From: an uncultured Bacteriovoracaceae bacterium
GTDB lineage: Bacteria; Desulfobacterota; Desulfomonilia; UBA1062
Direction of reading: 5' to 3'
DNA length: 35,789 nucleotides
Assembly (NCBI GenBank): GCA_964353605.1
Contig: CAYGXB010000001.1
Coordinates: forward strand, 3,932-39,720
Within the stretch, counting starts at the first letter, position 1; each line of letters starts with the position of its first letter. Below are positions 16,489 through 26,328 of the stretch, one piece after another. The notes under the pieces are model-generated. The model ran no database searches, was not told where the DNA came from, and saw only the letters and a list, made by a program, of their open reading frames with translations. The position numbers were made by a program, and so were the translations under genes.

Positions 16489-17721
16489 ATGGAGAGCGTC
16501 GTCATCACGGGCATGGGAGTGGTGTCGCCTCTGGGGAGTGATCTTGAAACCCTCTGGGACAACCTGATTCAGGGCAGGTCTGGTATAGAAGACATCGCGA
16601 TCTTCAAGGACCTGCCGGTCACCATGGGTGGTCCTGCCAAGGGATTCGATCCCGCGCGATACCTCGGCGCAAAGGATATGCGCCACCTCGACCGATACTC
16701 CCAGATGGCTCTCACCGCGGGCCTGGATGCCATCGTTCATGCCGGTTTGCAAGCTACTGACTACCCGGAAGACAGGATCGGGGTCATGATTGGAACCGGG
16801 GCCGGTGGCGTGGCCACCCTTGAGGAGCAGCACTATGCATTTTTGGAAAAAGGACCGCGACGCGTTTCTCCGCTGACCGTCCCCATGAACATCGTGAACA
16901 TGGCTTCCGGAGTGCTCGCCACACGGATCGGCGCAAGGGGCCCCGGTATGGGTGTATCGAGCGCCTGCGCCACGGGCGGACACGCCCTGGCCCTGGCCTG
17001 CAGGCTTTTGCAGGCCGGTGATGCGGACTGCATCATCGCCGGCGGCGTGGAGGCATGCCTGACGCCGTTTGCCATCTCCGCCTTCGCCGCCATGAGGGCC
17101 CTCTCAACCCGCAACGGTCAACCCCAGAGGGCATCCCGCCCGTTTGACAAGCAGCGGGACGGCTTCGTCATGTCCGAAGGCGGCGCGGCCCTCGTGCTCG
17201 AAAAATATGCAAAGGCAAAGGCGCGGGGCGCTAAAATCCTCGCCACCATCAAGGGCTTCGGCATGAGTCAGGACGCCTACCACATGGTTGCACCGGACCC
17301 TGCGGCCACTGCGGTGATCTACGCCATGCAGACCGCCATCCGCAATGCCGGCATAGATCCCACGGCAATAGGATACATCAATGCACACGGCACATCGACT
17401 CCGCTGAACGACAAGGCCGAGACGCTCGCCATCAAGAAAGTCTTTGGCGAGCACGCCGACACCCTGAAGGTGAGCTCGACCAAGTCCATGACCGGGCACC
17501 TCGTCGGAGGGGCGGCGGGCCTCGAGACCGTCATCTGCATCCTGGCACTTCAGCACTGTATGTTGCCACCGACTATCAATCTTGAAAATCCGGATCCCGA
17601 GTGCGACCTTGACTACGTGCCCAACAAGGCAATTCCCACCGATACGCGCTACTGCCTGAACAACGCCTTCGCCTTCGGCGGCCAGAACGTCTCCATCATG
17701 CTCGAAAAAGGAGAATCTTGA
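16489..17721 (+). CDS. fabF: Beta-ketoacyl-ACP synthase II
   Basis: 410 aa. Active-site Cys (VSSACATG), HGTSTP and GHLVGGAG motifs. Confidence 0.95.
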   Translation: MESVVITGMGVVSPLGSDLETLWDNLIQGRSGIEDIAIFKDLPVTMGGPAKGFDPARYLGAKDMRHLDRYSQMALTAGLDAIVHAGLQATDYPEDRIGVMIGTGAGGVATLEEQHYAFLEKGPRRVSPLTVPMNIVNMASGVLATRIGARGPGMGVSSACATGGHALALACRLLQAGDADCIIAGGVEACLTPFAISAFAAMRALSTRNGQPQRASRPFDKQRDGFVMSEGGAALVLEKYAKAKARGAKILATIKGFGMSQDAYHMVAPDPAATAVIYAMQTAIRNAGIDPTAIGYINAHGTSTPLNDKAETLAIKKVFGEHADTLKVSSTKSMTGHLVGGAAGLETVICILALQHCMLPPTINLENPDPECDLDYVPNKAIPTDTRYCLNNAFAFGGQNVSIMLEKGES

Positions 17722-17726
17722 AATCA

Positions 17727-17787
17727 AAAAGCTCAATCCCCCCGACCCTCCTTGAAGATTCAGGGGGGATAGAGGGATTGAGCTTTT
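17727..17787 (+). terminator. Long hairpin / bidirectional-type terminator between fabF and rpiB
   Basis: AAAAGCTCAATCCC (17727-17740) pairs perfectly with GGGATTGAGCTTTT (17774-17787). An internal ATCCCCCC/GGGGGGAT alternative pairing exists. The stem ends in TTTT. Confidence 0.6.
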
Positions 17788-17801
17788 AAAGGGGGAAGAG
17801 A

Positions 17802-18275
17802 ATGAGGATAGCCTTAGCATGCGACCACGGTGGTCTTTTCCTCAAGGATACCGTCAAGAAGGCCCTTTCCGAGGCCGGCTGCGAGGTAATCGACTGCGGA
17901 ACCGATAGCGCTGCATCCGTCGATTACGCGGACTTCGCCCTGAAGGCGCTCAAGGTGTTCAAGCAAGACCGATGCGACCGGATCGTCCTCCTGTGCGGTA
18001 CAGGCATCGGCATGTCCATGTGCGCCAACCGGGTCAGGGGCGTGCGGGGCACGCTCTGCCATGATGCCTTCACGGTGCGCATGGCCAGGCAGCATAACGA
18101 CTCGAACTGCCTCATCTTGGGCGGCAGGACCACCGGGCCGGCCGTGGCCGAGGAGATCGTGAAAATCTGGCTGGCTACCCCCTTTGAAGGCGGACGACAC
18201 CAGGCAAGGCTGGACAAGATCGATCGCCTGACCACCGAGCTTATGGAGAGCCACTTTATCGAACGCAACCAATAG
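17802..18275 (+). CDS. rpiB: Ribose-5-phosphate isomerase B
   Basis: [11 protein letters not shown]..., [28 protein letters not shown]. Confidence 0.9.
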   Translation: MRIALACDHGGLFLKDTVKKALSEAGCEVIDCGTDSAASVDYADFALKALKVFKQDRCDRIVLLCGTGIGMSMCANRVRGVRGTLCHDAFTVRMARQHNDSNCLILGGRTTGPAVAEEIVKIWLATPFEGGRHQARLDKIDRLTTELMESHFIERNQ

Positions 18276-18288
18276 TGAGGAGTCAAGC

Positions 18289-19530
18289 ATGTCACACCTG
18301 CAACAAGCCGACACCGAGGTGTATGCCGCCATCCGGGAAGAGCTTGGCCGACAACAGTGCAAGCTGGAACTCATCGCATCCGAAAACATCGTCAGCCAGG
18401 CGGTCCTCGAAGCTCAGGGCTGCATCATGACCAACAAGTACGCGGAAGGCTACCCCGCCAAGCGTTATTACGGCGGGTGCGAATACGTGGACAAGGTCGA
18501 AGAACTGGCCATCGAGCGTGCCAAGGCCCTCTTCGGAGCGGAGTTCGCCAATGTCCAGCCCCATTCCGGCTCCCAGGCCAACATGGCGGTGTACTTCGCC
18601 ATCCTCGAGCCGGGCGATACCTACCTCGGCATGAGCCTGCCGCACGGCGGTCACCTCTCCATGGGTTCGCCCGCCAACTTCTCCGGCAAGCTCTACAAGG
18701 TCATCCCCTACGGCGTGCGCAGGGACACCCACCAGATCGACTATGACGAGGTAAGAGACCTGGCCAAGCAGCATCAACCCAAGCTCATCATCGCCGGTGC
18801 GAGTGCCTATCCGCGCATCATCGAGTATAGGCTTTTTAAAGATATCGCCGACGAAGTCGGGGCCTACTTCATGGTGGACATGGCCCATATCGCCGGCCTC
18901 GTCGCAGCCGGTCTACACCCGAGCCCGGTGCCCTACGCGGACTTCGTCACTACCACTACCCATAAGACCCTCAGAGGCCCACGCGGAGGCATGATTCTCT
19001 GCAAGGAGGAGATGGGCAAGAAGCTCAACTCGAGCGTTTTCCCCGGCATGCAGGGCGGACCGCTCATGCATGTCATCGCCGCCAAGGCCGTGGCTCTTAA
19101 GGAGGCCATGACCCCGGAATTCAAGACATACCAAGTGCAGATCGTGAAAAACGCCCAAGCCATGGCGGTCGAGCTCATGGCCTTGGGCTTCCAACTCGTC
19201 TCCGGAGGCACGGACAACCACCTCATGCTCATCGACCTCACCGCGAAGGATATCACCGGCCGGGACGCCCAGACCTGGCTCGATGATGCCTGGATCACAG
19301 TCAACAAGAACACCGTGCCGTTCGAAACCAAGAGTCCATTTGTGACCTCCGGCATCCGCATCGGCACGCCGGCCCTGACCACCAGGGGTATGCGGGAAGC
19401 GGAGATGAAGCAGGTCGCATCCATGATCGCGCGCATCCTCGATGCCAGGGGCGACGCCGTTGGGATAGCGCAGGTGCGCAAAGAGGTGGAGGCACTCACG
19501 CAGCGCTTCCCGATCTATCAGGGGTTATAG
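18289..19530 (+). CDS. glyA: Serine hydroxymethyltransferase
   Basis: 413 aa. [39 protein letters not shown] (PLP Lys). Confidence 0.95.
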   Translation: MSHLQQADTEVYAAIREELGRQQCKLELIASENIVSQAVLEAQGCIMTNKYAEGYPAKRYYGGCEYVDKVEELAIERAKALFGAEFANVQPHSGSQANMAVYFAILEPGDTYLGMSLPHGGHLSMGSPANFSGKLYKVIPYGVRRDTHQIDYDEVRDLAKQHQPKLIIAGASAYPRIIEYRLFKDIADEVGAYFMVDMAHIAGLVAAGLHPSPVPYADFVTTTTHKTLRGPRGGMILCKEEMGKKLNSSVFPGMQGGPLMHVIAAKAVALKEAMTPEFKTYQVQIVKNAQAMAVELMALGFQLVSGGTDNHLMLIDLTAKDITGRDAQTWLDDAWITVNKNTVPFETKSPFVTSGIRIGTPALTTRGMREAEMKQVASMIARILDARGDAVGIAQVRKEVEALTQRFPIYQGL

Positions 19531-19989
19531 ATGCGCTGTCCCCGATGCATGGGAGTGGAAGACAAGGTCACCGAGTCCAGGACGAGCCGGGACGGATCCT
19601 CCATCCGACGCCGGCGCGAGTGCACTCATTGCGGCTATCGCTTCACCACCTACGAGCACATCGAGGAGTTCATCCCGGTCGTGGTCAAGAAGGATGGCCG
19701 GCGCGAGACTTTCGCCCCGGAAAAGATCGTGTCCGGGCTCATGAAGGCCTGCGAGAAACGGCCGGTCCCCATAGAGGATATCGAGACCATCCGCGACGCC
19801 ATCATCCAGGAGATCCAGGCACGGGGAGACAAGGAAGTGCCCAGCTCCTTTATCGGCGAGCGCATCATGGATGCCCTGCACGCCCTCGATCCCGTGGCCT
19901 ATGTGCGCTTTGCCTCGGTCTACCGCGACTTCAAGGACGTGGGTGAGTTCATGGAGGAGATCAAGGGCCTTGTCAAGGGCAAACGATAA
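19531..19989 (+). CDS. nrdR: Transcriptional repressor NrdR
   Basis: MRCPRCMGVEDKVTESR...RRRRECTHCGYRFTTYE zinc ribbon plus an ATP-cone. It starts directly after the glyA TAG. Confidence 0.95.
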   Translation: MRCPRCMGVEDKVTESRTSRDGSSIRRRRECTHCGYRFTTYEHIEEFIPVVVKKDGRRETFAPEKIVSGLMKACEKRPVPIEDIETIRDAIIQEIQARGDKEVPSSFIGERIMDALHALDPVAYVRFASVYRDFKDVGEFMEEIKGLVKGKR

Positions 19990-20064
19990 TCCCGCAACGT
20001 ACAGGAGATTCTCCCGGGGTAATGAGGTGTTCCGTTCGGTAAAGAGCGAAAGGAAAAAACAAGG

Positions 20065-20640
20065 ATGGAAATGGTGAAGTATCTGGCTCAGGTGGCTGCA
20101 TTGCAATGCACGGAGTGCAAGTAGTGCAAGAATGTCTGTCCACCCAGGGCGATCATCATGCACAAGAAGACTGCGCATATCATGGATGCCAAATGCGTGG
20201 CGTGCAATAAGTGCTGAGGGTGCCTGCCGATACGAAACCATACGGATGCTTCCTCGCCCCCAGACAATGCTGGTCGGCTTCGACGCGGGTCAAGTGTATC
20301 CTGGCCGTAATTCATGAGCTCTGTTGGAAGGCGCACTTGCTACCCGATCAGCCCGTCCAAATCTGCAGCGGAACAATGGCAAGGAAATTCGCGGGGACAA
20401 TCCTGCACGGAACCAGGTCACCCGAGGAGATCACTGCGTTTACCGGAGCGCGCGCGGGATGCGTTATGTATTGCATGGGGCCGATCCTGAGGCTGCTGCA
20501 TGTATCCGGCGTGGAACTTGCCCTGCCGATGGATGCTGGTGGTATGACGCCACGCTCTCCGTGTGTGGGACATTCCGAGCGAGATCGCCGAGCAGTATCC
20601 GGAATATTATCTAAGAGAGGATAAGGCACCGCTTAGATGA
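20065..20640 (+). pseudogene. Decayed 2x[4Fe-4S] ferredoxin / BFD-like [2Fe-2S] domain gene (in-frame TAG plus about four frameshifts)
   Basis: Frame 1: MEMVKYLAQVAALQCTECK-TAG(20122-24)-CKNVCPPRAIIM..KCVACNKC. A +1 shift follows near 20215: EGACRYETIRMLPRPQTMLVGFDAGQV. Another +1 shift follows near 20295: ILAVIHELCWKAHLLPDQPVQICSGTMARKFAGTILHGTRSPEEITAFTGARAGCVMYCMGPILRLL. Two further shifts lead through WWYDATLSV to VWDIPSEIAEQYPEYYLREDKAPLR-TGA(20638-40). Confidence 0.6.
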
Positions 20641-20708
20641 TGCGGGTCGCAGCCCCCTTGGTCTAAGGGGGGGGTGGAAAGCCCGGCATGGATTACACTT
20701 TAGACCGA

Positions 20709-21977
20709 TCAGATGATGAACACCACGAGCAGTGCGGATCCGATCATGAGGAGGAAGCCGGGAGCGACGGAGCGCCGCAGAGCGGGACCGCTCATGCCGA
20801 CCACGAGCAGGCCTTTCAAAAAGGTATTGGCTACTGCAGCGAGCAGTATGGCCCGTCCGGCCTGAACGAGGTCGATCCCGCCCTGGACTTTGCTCAGCTG
20901 CGCTATGGAGAGCGTAATGGCATCGACGTCTGCGAGCCCAGAGATGAAGCTGGTGAAATAGACGCCTTCGACCCCCAGATACATCTGCGCCGCCTTAGAC
21001 AGGAGCAGGATGAGGGTGAAGAGGAAGGCGAAGGTGATCGCCGGCCAGAGTTCGAAGGGGTTCACGAACGTCACGTCCGCTTTTTCGTCGGCAGGGTCCT
21101 TCTTAATAAGATAGAGACAATAGGCCAATCCTGCTAGGACAGGTACAGCCATCGGGAGCAGTATCTTATCGGCCAGGGCCCAATTGAGAACCGCCGCTAT
21201 GATCACCATGCGGGCGAACATCACCGTCCAGGCAATAATGATCGCCAGGGCGAAGGGCTTGGCGAGTTCGGGATTCTTCCGGCTGCGCTGCGTGAAGCTG
21301 ATGGTCACGGCCGTACTTGAGGCGAGCCCTCCCAAGAGGCCCGTGAGCCCCATGCCTTTGCGTGCCCCGATAACCTTCATGAGCACATAGCCAATGAAAC
21401 TGATGCCGGAGATGAAGATCACGAGGAGCCACACAATGAAAGGGTTTACAGCGTCAAGGGGCGGGGGGCCGAAGGTCCTGTTCGGCAGGATGGGGAGAAC
21501 GATGGCGGTGATGACTGCGAATTTCAGGGTGGCATAGAGGTCCTCGCGGGTGATGCGATGTGCGAAGCTGTGCATCTCGGGCTTGAACGAAAGCAATACA
21601 GTCGTCGTGACTCCGAGGGCGACGGCCAGGGTGAGCTGGTTCCAGTAGGCCAGGCCGCCGGAAAGCACGGTGATAAGCGCCGACACCTCGGTGGTGAGCC
21701 CGGTCTCGCCGTTCAAGGAATCCAGGTAGTGCGTGACGGTGAGGAACGCCCCCACGACGAGCATAATCGTCACAAAGGGCCATGGTGAATCCAGCGCATC
21801 GCTCGCCAGGGCGCCGGCACAGCCGCTCAGGGCCATGAGGGCAAAGGTGCGGATGCCCGCAGGATGCTCCTTGTCCGGCTCACTGAAGGAGAACTCGCGC
21901 TGCATGCCGATGAGGATGCCGATCAGGAGCGAACCCCCGAACCTGAGAAAGAGCGACGTTTCGACTTGCGCAAACAT
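20709..21977 (-). CDS. MgtC/SapB family plus DUF4010 domain integral membrane protein
   Basis: 422 aa from ATG 21977 (GAGAGGAA upstream). The N-terminus RFGGSLLIGILIGMQRE is MgtC-like. Many TM helices. The C-terminal half is as I recall for DUF4010. Confidence 0.7.
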   Translation of the reverse strand: MFAQVETSLFLRFGGSLLIGILIGMQREFSFSEPDKEHPAGIRTFALMALSGCAGALASDALDSPWPFVTIMLVVGAFLTVTHYLDSLNGETGLTTEVSALITVLSGGLAYWNQLTLAVALGVTTTVLLSFKPEMHSFAHRITREDLYATLKFAVITAIVLPILPNRTFGPPPLDAVNPFIVWLLVIFISGISFIGYVLMKVIGARKGMGLTGLLGGLASSTAVTISFTQRSRKNPELAKPFALAIIIAWTVMFARMVIIAAVLNWALADKILLPMAVPVLAGLAYCLYLIKKDPADEKADVTFVNPFELWPAITFAFLFTLILLLSKAAQMYLGVEGVYFTSFISGLADVDAITLSIAQLSKVQGGIDLVQAGRAILLAAVANTFLKGLLVVGMSGPALRRSVAPGFLLMIGSALLVVFII

Positions 21978-22189
21978 GGTTGTTCCTCTCAAAACCCTTT
22001 CTTCGCATACTTTCCAAGGATTTCCCCTGGAAGATGCATTCGTAACTCTTCTAGATCGGCAATATTCCGAGTTTTCTTCATCAAGATAACATGAAGGCCA
22101 TATCAAGGACCATGGACGCTCTTGCCATGGAAGACAAGGCGGTGGATGGTGAGGGGAAAAACGGTGATTTTATAGGAGTGCGTGTATAA

Positions 22190-22229
22190 TAAAAAGGGGG
22201 AACCCCCTTAATGAACCAGGGGGTTCCCC
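22190..22229 (-). terminator. Rho-independent terminator of the GDPD lipoprotein gene
   Basis: 11-bp perfect stem GGGGAACCCCC (22197-22207) / GGGGGTTCCCC (22219-22229). On the minus strand it is followed by CTTTTTATTAT. Confidence 0.75.
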
Positions 22230-22237
22230 TTGTTGGA

Positions 22238-24367
22238 TTACTCGTTGATCACGCTCTCCAGGAGGGCCGGATCGTCCGTCATGATAGCATCGACCTCCTT
22301 GTCATTCTTGAATTGGCGCATCTCAATCGGATCATCGATGGTCCAGACCTGCACCTTGATCCCTAGGTAGCGGGCTTTGTTCAGGAAATCGTTGTTGATC
22401 AACTTCACGGTAAGCCCCTTCACATCATACTCGGGAGGTACCTGGAGGACTTGTCCCGGCGGCGTGTACCCCATGGCGAGCATGACGGGTAGCGGCGTCA
22501 GGAAGAAGGTGATTATCTCTCCCTGGGTGAAGGAGGTGATGAGATTGATGCCTCTGAGTTTTGCCTCGGCCCTGATCTCGTCCATGGGTACCTTGTCGAA
22601 TGACTCCACGATGACCCTATCCTCCATGCCATAGGCCTGGATGAGGTCGAGCACACCGTCGACGATGGAGGGTGCCACCTGCTTGAACTCGACGACCATG
22701 GGCGCTTGGTTAAGCACCGCGTCGCTGAACACTTCTGTAAGGGTCGGCAGGGTCAAGCCTAAGCCGCGATACGGATATGTGGCCCCGCCGTCAAGGGTGA
22801 ATTTGTATCCTGCATCAAGAAGATTGACTTGCGCAAGCGTCATGTCCTTGATGTTACCGCTCCCGTTGGTGCACCGGTCGACGGTGTCGTCATGGGAGAT
22901 CACCACGTACCCGTCGCTCGTGGCATGCACGTCCCCCTCCAGGGCATCGGCCCCGACAACGAAGGCGTTGCGGTAAGCCTCGATCGTATTCTCAGGTAGG
23001 AACGCACTGTTTCCCCGGTGGGCGATATTGAGGAAGCCGTTTTCATTGCGGAGGAAGAAGTTGGTTACCGTATCCCCCTGTGCGATCTTCTCCATTACCT
23101 GTGACCAGTCACACGCTATCCAGGCTGGATCGATGAACCCGTAGCCCTCGGTGTCGAGCAGAGTGGGCTGGAGTTGAAAGTCCACCGCGAACGGGATGTA
23201 AAAGAGTCGGTTGGCATAGGCGCCATAGCCGTCTTCGCGTGCGGTATCGCCCACCATGGCGATGCCCTTGCCGGCACCGTAGAGCTGCTTCAGGATGGCC
23301 AGCGCCCCGGCCTTGAATTCATTCCCATGTTCATAGGTGAGATCGCCCTTGATGATCAGGAGGATGCCCCTTTGTCCGTTGTTTTCGAAGTGGCGGTTCA
23401 CCTGCTGGCGGCAGAGGGCGCGGATATCCGTAGGCAAGCCAGAAACGATTACGACATCCTTGCCGGCATTCTGCAATTCCTGAATGCTCGGTACGACGAA
23501 CTCGTCGACGAGAGGCCAGTCATTCTTAGCCCAATTGAGGAAATTGATCCAGTCGGCCAGGGTGTTCTGGCCTCCGGTGGCATGGAGGGTATTGTCATGG
23601 TCGGTGAAGAGGACGGGCGGGTTCTCTCCGGGCGTTATCTCCTCACCATAGATGGCGAGGAAGTTCAGATAATTCCCTGTGCGGAATTTGAGCGTGAGGA
23701 TGCCGCCGCACGCGTGGTTGCCCAAGGACTGGATTTGCCCCTCCCAGAAACCCTCGGTGCTAAGCGCCTGGGCAGCCTCTTGACAGGATATCGCGGCGAG
23801 AGCAGCGAAGGGAAGCCAGAGTATTCCTTGGGGGGAGGAATATACCTTAGCGGTGTCATAGAGGCCTATGTATTGCTTTGATGGGTTGTAGATGAAGGGG
23901 GTGTTCGGACTGCTCAAGACCCTGACGATCCCCAGATTATCCGATACGGTCTGGCCATCTTTGAAGACGACATCCGCCCGCAATTGAAGATCCACCGGCG
24001 CCGATTTGAGGATGTCATTGTTCAGCCATTGCCGGATTCCGGAAAGGGAGGCCCTGCCGTTCGTGTCCGTGACAACAGCCCCGTTTCCTAGCGGTATCCA
24101 AGCATCGTCTCCTGTCCCGAAAGGCCGGGCATAGAAGCGGACCTCCATGCCTTCGAGCTTCTTGGCCAGGAGATACTTGATGAGCGACTGCTTGTTCTTT
24201 TTCTCGATCTGGTATACCGTGGCATTAGGCGCAATCTCGGGCTCCGTTATGTCGCCGTTGCTCGTGATGGCGTCGGATACCACGATCTCCGTATTTTCCG
24301 GTGTGGGAAGGCATCCTGCCGCTATGATGATACCGGACAACAGGATGAGGATAAGAAATCTTTTCAT
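22238..24367 (-). CDS. Three-domain lipoprotein: unknown N-terminal domain, HAD-like (DxDxT) phosphatase-like middle domain, C-terminal glycerophosphodiester phosphodiesterase
   Basis: Start MKRFLILILLSGIIIAAGC (signal peptide with an AAGC lipobox; GAGGAGG RBS). The middle region has FTDHDNTL, VSGLP and GDTAREDG. The C-terminal GDPD signature is NIAHRGNSAFLPENTIEAY...EGDVHATSDGYVVISHDDTVDR. Confidence 0.8.
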   Translation of the reverse strand: MKRFLILILLSGIIIAAGCLPTPENTEIVVSDAITSNGDITEPEIAPNATVYQIEKKNKQSLIKYLLAKKLEGMEVRFYARPFGTGDDAWIPLGNGAVVTDTNGRASLSGIRQWLNNDILKSAPVDLQLRADVVFKDGQTVSDNLGIVRVLSSPNTPFIYNPSKQYIGLYDTAKVYSSPQGILWLPFAALAAISCQEAAQALSTEGFWEGQIQSLGNHACGGILTLKFRTGNYLNFLAIYGEEITPGENPPVLFTDHDNTLHATGGQNTLADWINFLNWAKNDWPLVDEFVVPSIQELQNAGKDVVIVSGLPTDIRALCRQQVNRHFENNGQRGILLIIKGDLTYEHGNEFKAGALAILKQLYGAGKGIAMVGDTAREDGYGAYANRLFYIPFAVDFQLQPTLLDTEGYGFIDPAWIACDWSQVMEKIAQGDTVTNFFLRNENGFLNIAHRGNSAFLPENTIEAYRNAFVVGADALEGDVHATSDGYVVISHDDTVDRCTNGSGNIKDMTLAQVNLLDAGYKFTLDGGATYPYRGLGLTLPTLTEVFSDAVLNQAPMVVEFKQVAPSIVDGVLDLIQAYGMEDRVIVESFDKVPMDEIRAEAKLRGINLITSFTQGEIITFFLTPLPVMLAMGYTPPGQVLQVPPEYDVKGLTVKLINNDFLNKARYLGIKVQVWTIDDPIEMRQFKNDKEVDAIMTDDPALLESVINE

Positions 24368-24676
24368 AGGTACCTCCTCAGACATGCATGTAATCGTATC
24401 CGTACAAATTTCTGCAAATAGTATACCGGGTGACACGCGCCTGGCTTTACATAATGATTATAAGGTGATACATTGTTCGCCTTCTTCTCCGCGCGGCAGA
24501 AACCCGGAAGATGAGAAAAGCGTTTCTCAAAAGAGGGAATCTTTTTCCCGATTTCCCCCTGCCCCGAGATCTCCTGGAAAGTATATATTGGAAGAAGAAT
24601 AGCGAAAAAGCATCTTGCCTATATCTGAAAAACGAGTTTTTAAAAGAGGCAAGGGTGACGAACAGTGCACAGCACC

Positions 24677-25621
24677 TCATACGTGATTCCGCAATTGCAG
24701 TTCAACTGGGTGCGTGTGCAGATAGGTCTGGTCCTTGAGGTAGGCCTGCTGGTACTTGCGCACATGATGGTGCATGAGGATCACGGGGACGATGAGGGGG
24801 AGGATGCCGCGCCGATGGAGATCGATGATCTCCAGAATTTCCTGCTTTTCATCGGGCGTCAGCTGCTGCTTGAAATACCCCAGCATGTGCTGGAGCACGT
24901 TGGCATGCTTGGCCGGGGTCGCCTTCAGTTGCAATGCCTGCAGGAGAAGTTCCTGGTAGCGCGCCTTGAGGGTGGAGAAATCCATTCGGCCGGCACGGGC
25001 CACGAGAGCACCCATGTCCCGGTAATGTTGCGGGCTGTGCGCGAGGATGAGGAGCTTGTTCTGTGCATGGAACACGACTACGGAGCTGGCCTTTTTCCCG
25101 TCGATAGCCTCGCGCCACCGTTTGAGTGCAAAGATACGTTCGATGAAATTCTCCCGCAGGGCGGGATCATGGAGCCGGCCGTCGTCTTCGACAGGGATGT
25201 GGGGGAAATGCTCCCTGAAAACCCTGGCGAACATGCCTATGCCTTTGCGTACCGGCACCTCTTTTTCGCCATAGACCTTGATCCTTTCCATCCCGCTGCT
25301 CGGGGAGTCACTCTTGAAGATGAATCCGCACAGGGCTTCCTTTTCGAGCTCCACTACCCGTTTGCGTGCCCAGGTGAGCATCCTGTCCGTATAGTCCATT
25401 CCGCTCCGCACAGTTACCAGACGGGGGGAGTCCGGATCACCGACGAGACGCATCGATTCCCGGGGGACCCCGAACCCGCATTCGACTTCCGGACAGACCG
25501 GGACAAAGTCAACGTACTGTCCGAGGGTGTCGCGCAGAAACCGGTCCAGTTTATGTCCTCCATCATAGCGTACCGGCTCTCCCAGGAGGCATGTGCTGAT
25601 GCCCAATTTGATTTTTTCCAT
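24677..25621 (-). CDS. DUF523 (TudS-like) - DUF1722 (YbgA-like) fusion protein
   Basis: MEKIKLGISTCLLGEPVRYDGGHK is the typical DUF523 N-terminus. I prefer ATG 25621 (AGGAG 4 nt upstream) over 25639. The C-terminal half is YbgA-like. Confidence 0.75.
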   Translation of the reverse strand: MEKIKLGISTCLLGEPVRYDGGHKLDRFLRDTLGQYVDFVPVCPEVECGFGVPRESMRLVGDPDSPRLVTVRSGMDYTDRMLTWARKRVVELEKEALCGFIFKSDSPSSGMERIKVYGEKEVPVRKGIGMFARVFREHFPHIPVEDDGRLHDPALRENFIERIFALKRWREAIDGKKASSVVVFHAQNKLLILAHSPQHYRDMGALVARAGRMDFSTLKARYQELLLQALQLKATPAKHANVLQHMLGYFKQQLTPDEKQEILEIIDLHRRGILPLIVPVILMHHHVRKYQQAYLKDQTYLHTHPVELQLRNHV

Positions 25622-25650
25622 CTCGCTCCTGGTGGTCATGAGATCCTCAT

Positions 25651-26328
25651 CTAGGTGTGAGATTGCTCCTTAAACCGCGGATGGCAGCACCGATCATGGA
25701 TCTCGCCGTTTACGATGAGCCATGGCAGAGTGACGAAGAAGGCGGGTAAGATATCTTGCAGCGTCCATTGCTCGAGTTTGCCGATTTCAGCCACATAATC
25801 CACTGCCTGTCCGGACGACTCCCAGAAATAGATGCGATAATCACCGGCCGGGAGCACCTGATCGAAATCCGGCCCGCCATAGTACCACTTGTGGGCGAAA
25901 AACTCGAAGAACTCGTCCCGGGGGGTCATGGTGTAATCGTAGTTTGGAACCGCCCACACCTTGGTTTCTGAAAAGAGCTCGACGGGGAAATGATCGTAGT
26001 ATGCTGCAAAATCGCCGAGATTCGAGGAAGGAAGGGCGCTTCCCGCCACGGCAAACCACGGGAATGCGTTGTCGTAAGGAGCGCAGCGCGGGATGAGCGA
26101 GGAGAGGAATACCTCCTCGGACTGATCGAGGTAAAAGGTGTAGCAATCCACATCCCCTGCAGAAAGCCAGGCATAGACCGCGATGGACCGGCCGATGGGC
26201 GCAGGGACGACAAAGGGTTTCTGCGCCGTGTAGTCTTCACGCTCCACGTAGGGGATATGGGCCAGGGCGAGTGATGGCATACTGAGTGCAACGAGTAGCA
26301 TTACAACCAGCAAAAATATCTTTTTCAT
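25651..26328 (-). CDS. Secreted hypothetical protein
   Basis: The start MKKIFLLVVMLLVALSMPSLALA-HIPY is a clear Sec signal peptide. GGAGG RBS. No recognisable domain. It ends 29 nt before the DUF523 gene start. Confidence 0.6.
   Translation of the reverse strand: MKKIFLLVVMLLVALSMPSLALAHIPYVEREDYTAQKPFVVPAPIGRSIAVYAWLSAGDVDCYTFYLDQSEEVFLSSLIPRCAPYDNAFPWFAVAGSALPSSNLGDFAAYYDHFPVELFSETKVWAVPNYDYTMTPRDEFFEFFAHKWYYGGPDFDQVLPAGDYRIYFWESSGQAVDYVAEIGKLEQWTLQDILPAFFVTLPWLIVNGEIHDRCCHPRFKEQSHT

Noticed and set aside
17104-18888. Minus-strand ORFs 17104-17820, 17814-18389 and 18292-18888
   Set aside because: They lie antisense to fabF, rpiB and glyA.
20122-20124. In-frame TAG inside a CxxCxxCxxxCP motif, considered as a pyrrolysine codon
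   Set aside because: The same gene also needs about four frameshifts to be read. No pyl genes are visible. Pseudogene decay is the simpler explanation.
20215-20217. TGA right after the Cys of the second ferredoxin motif, considered as a Sec codon
   Set aside because: Reading through it gives CxxCxxC-U-G-C-L-P, which breaks the cluster spacing. A +1 shift restores CxxCxxCxxxC. I found no SECIS-like hairpin at the right distance.
20653-20671. CCCCCTT-GGTCT-AAGGGGG hairpin between the pseudogene and the MgtC-like gene, considered as a bidirectional terminator
   Set aside because: The stem is good, but no U-tract follows on either strand. It is noted only as a hairpin.
24665-25654. 329-aa plus-strand ORF
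   Set aside because: It lies antisense to the DUF523-DUF1722 gene.
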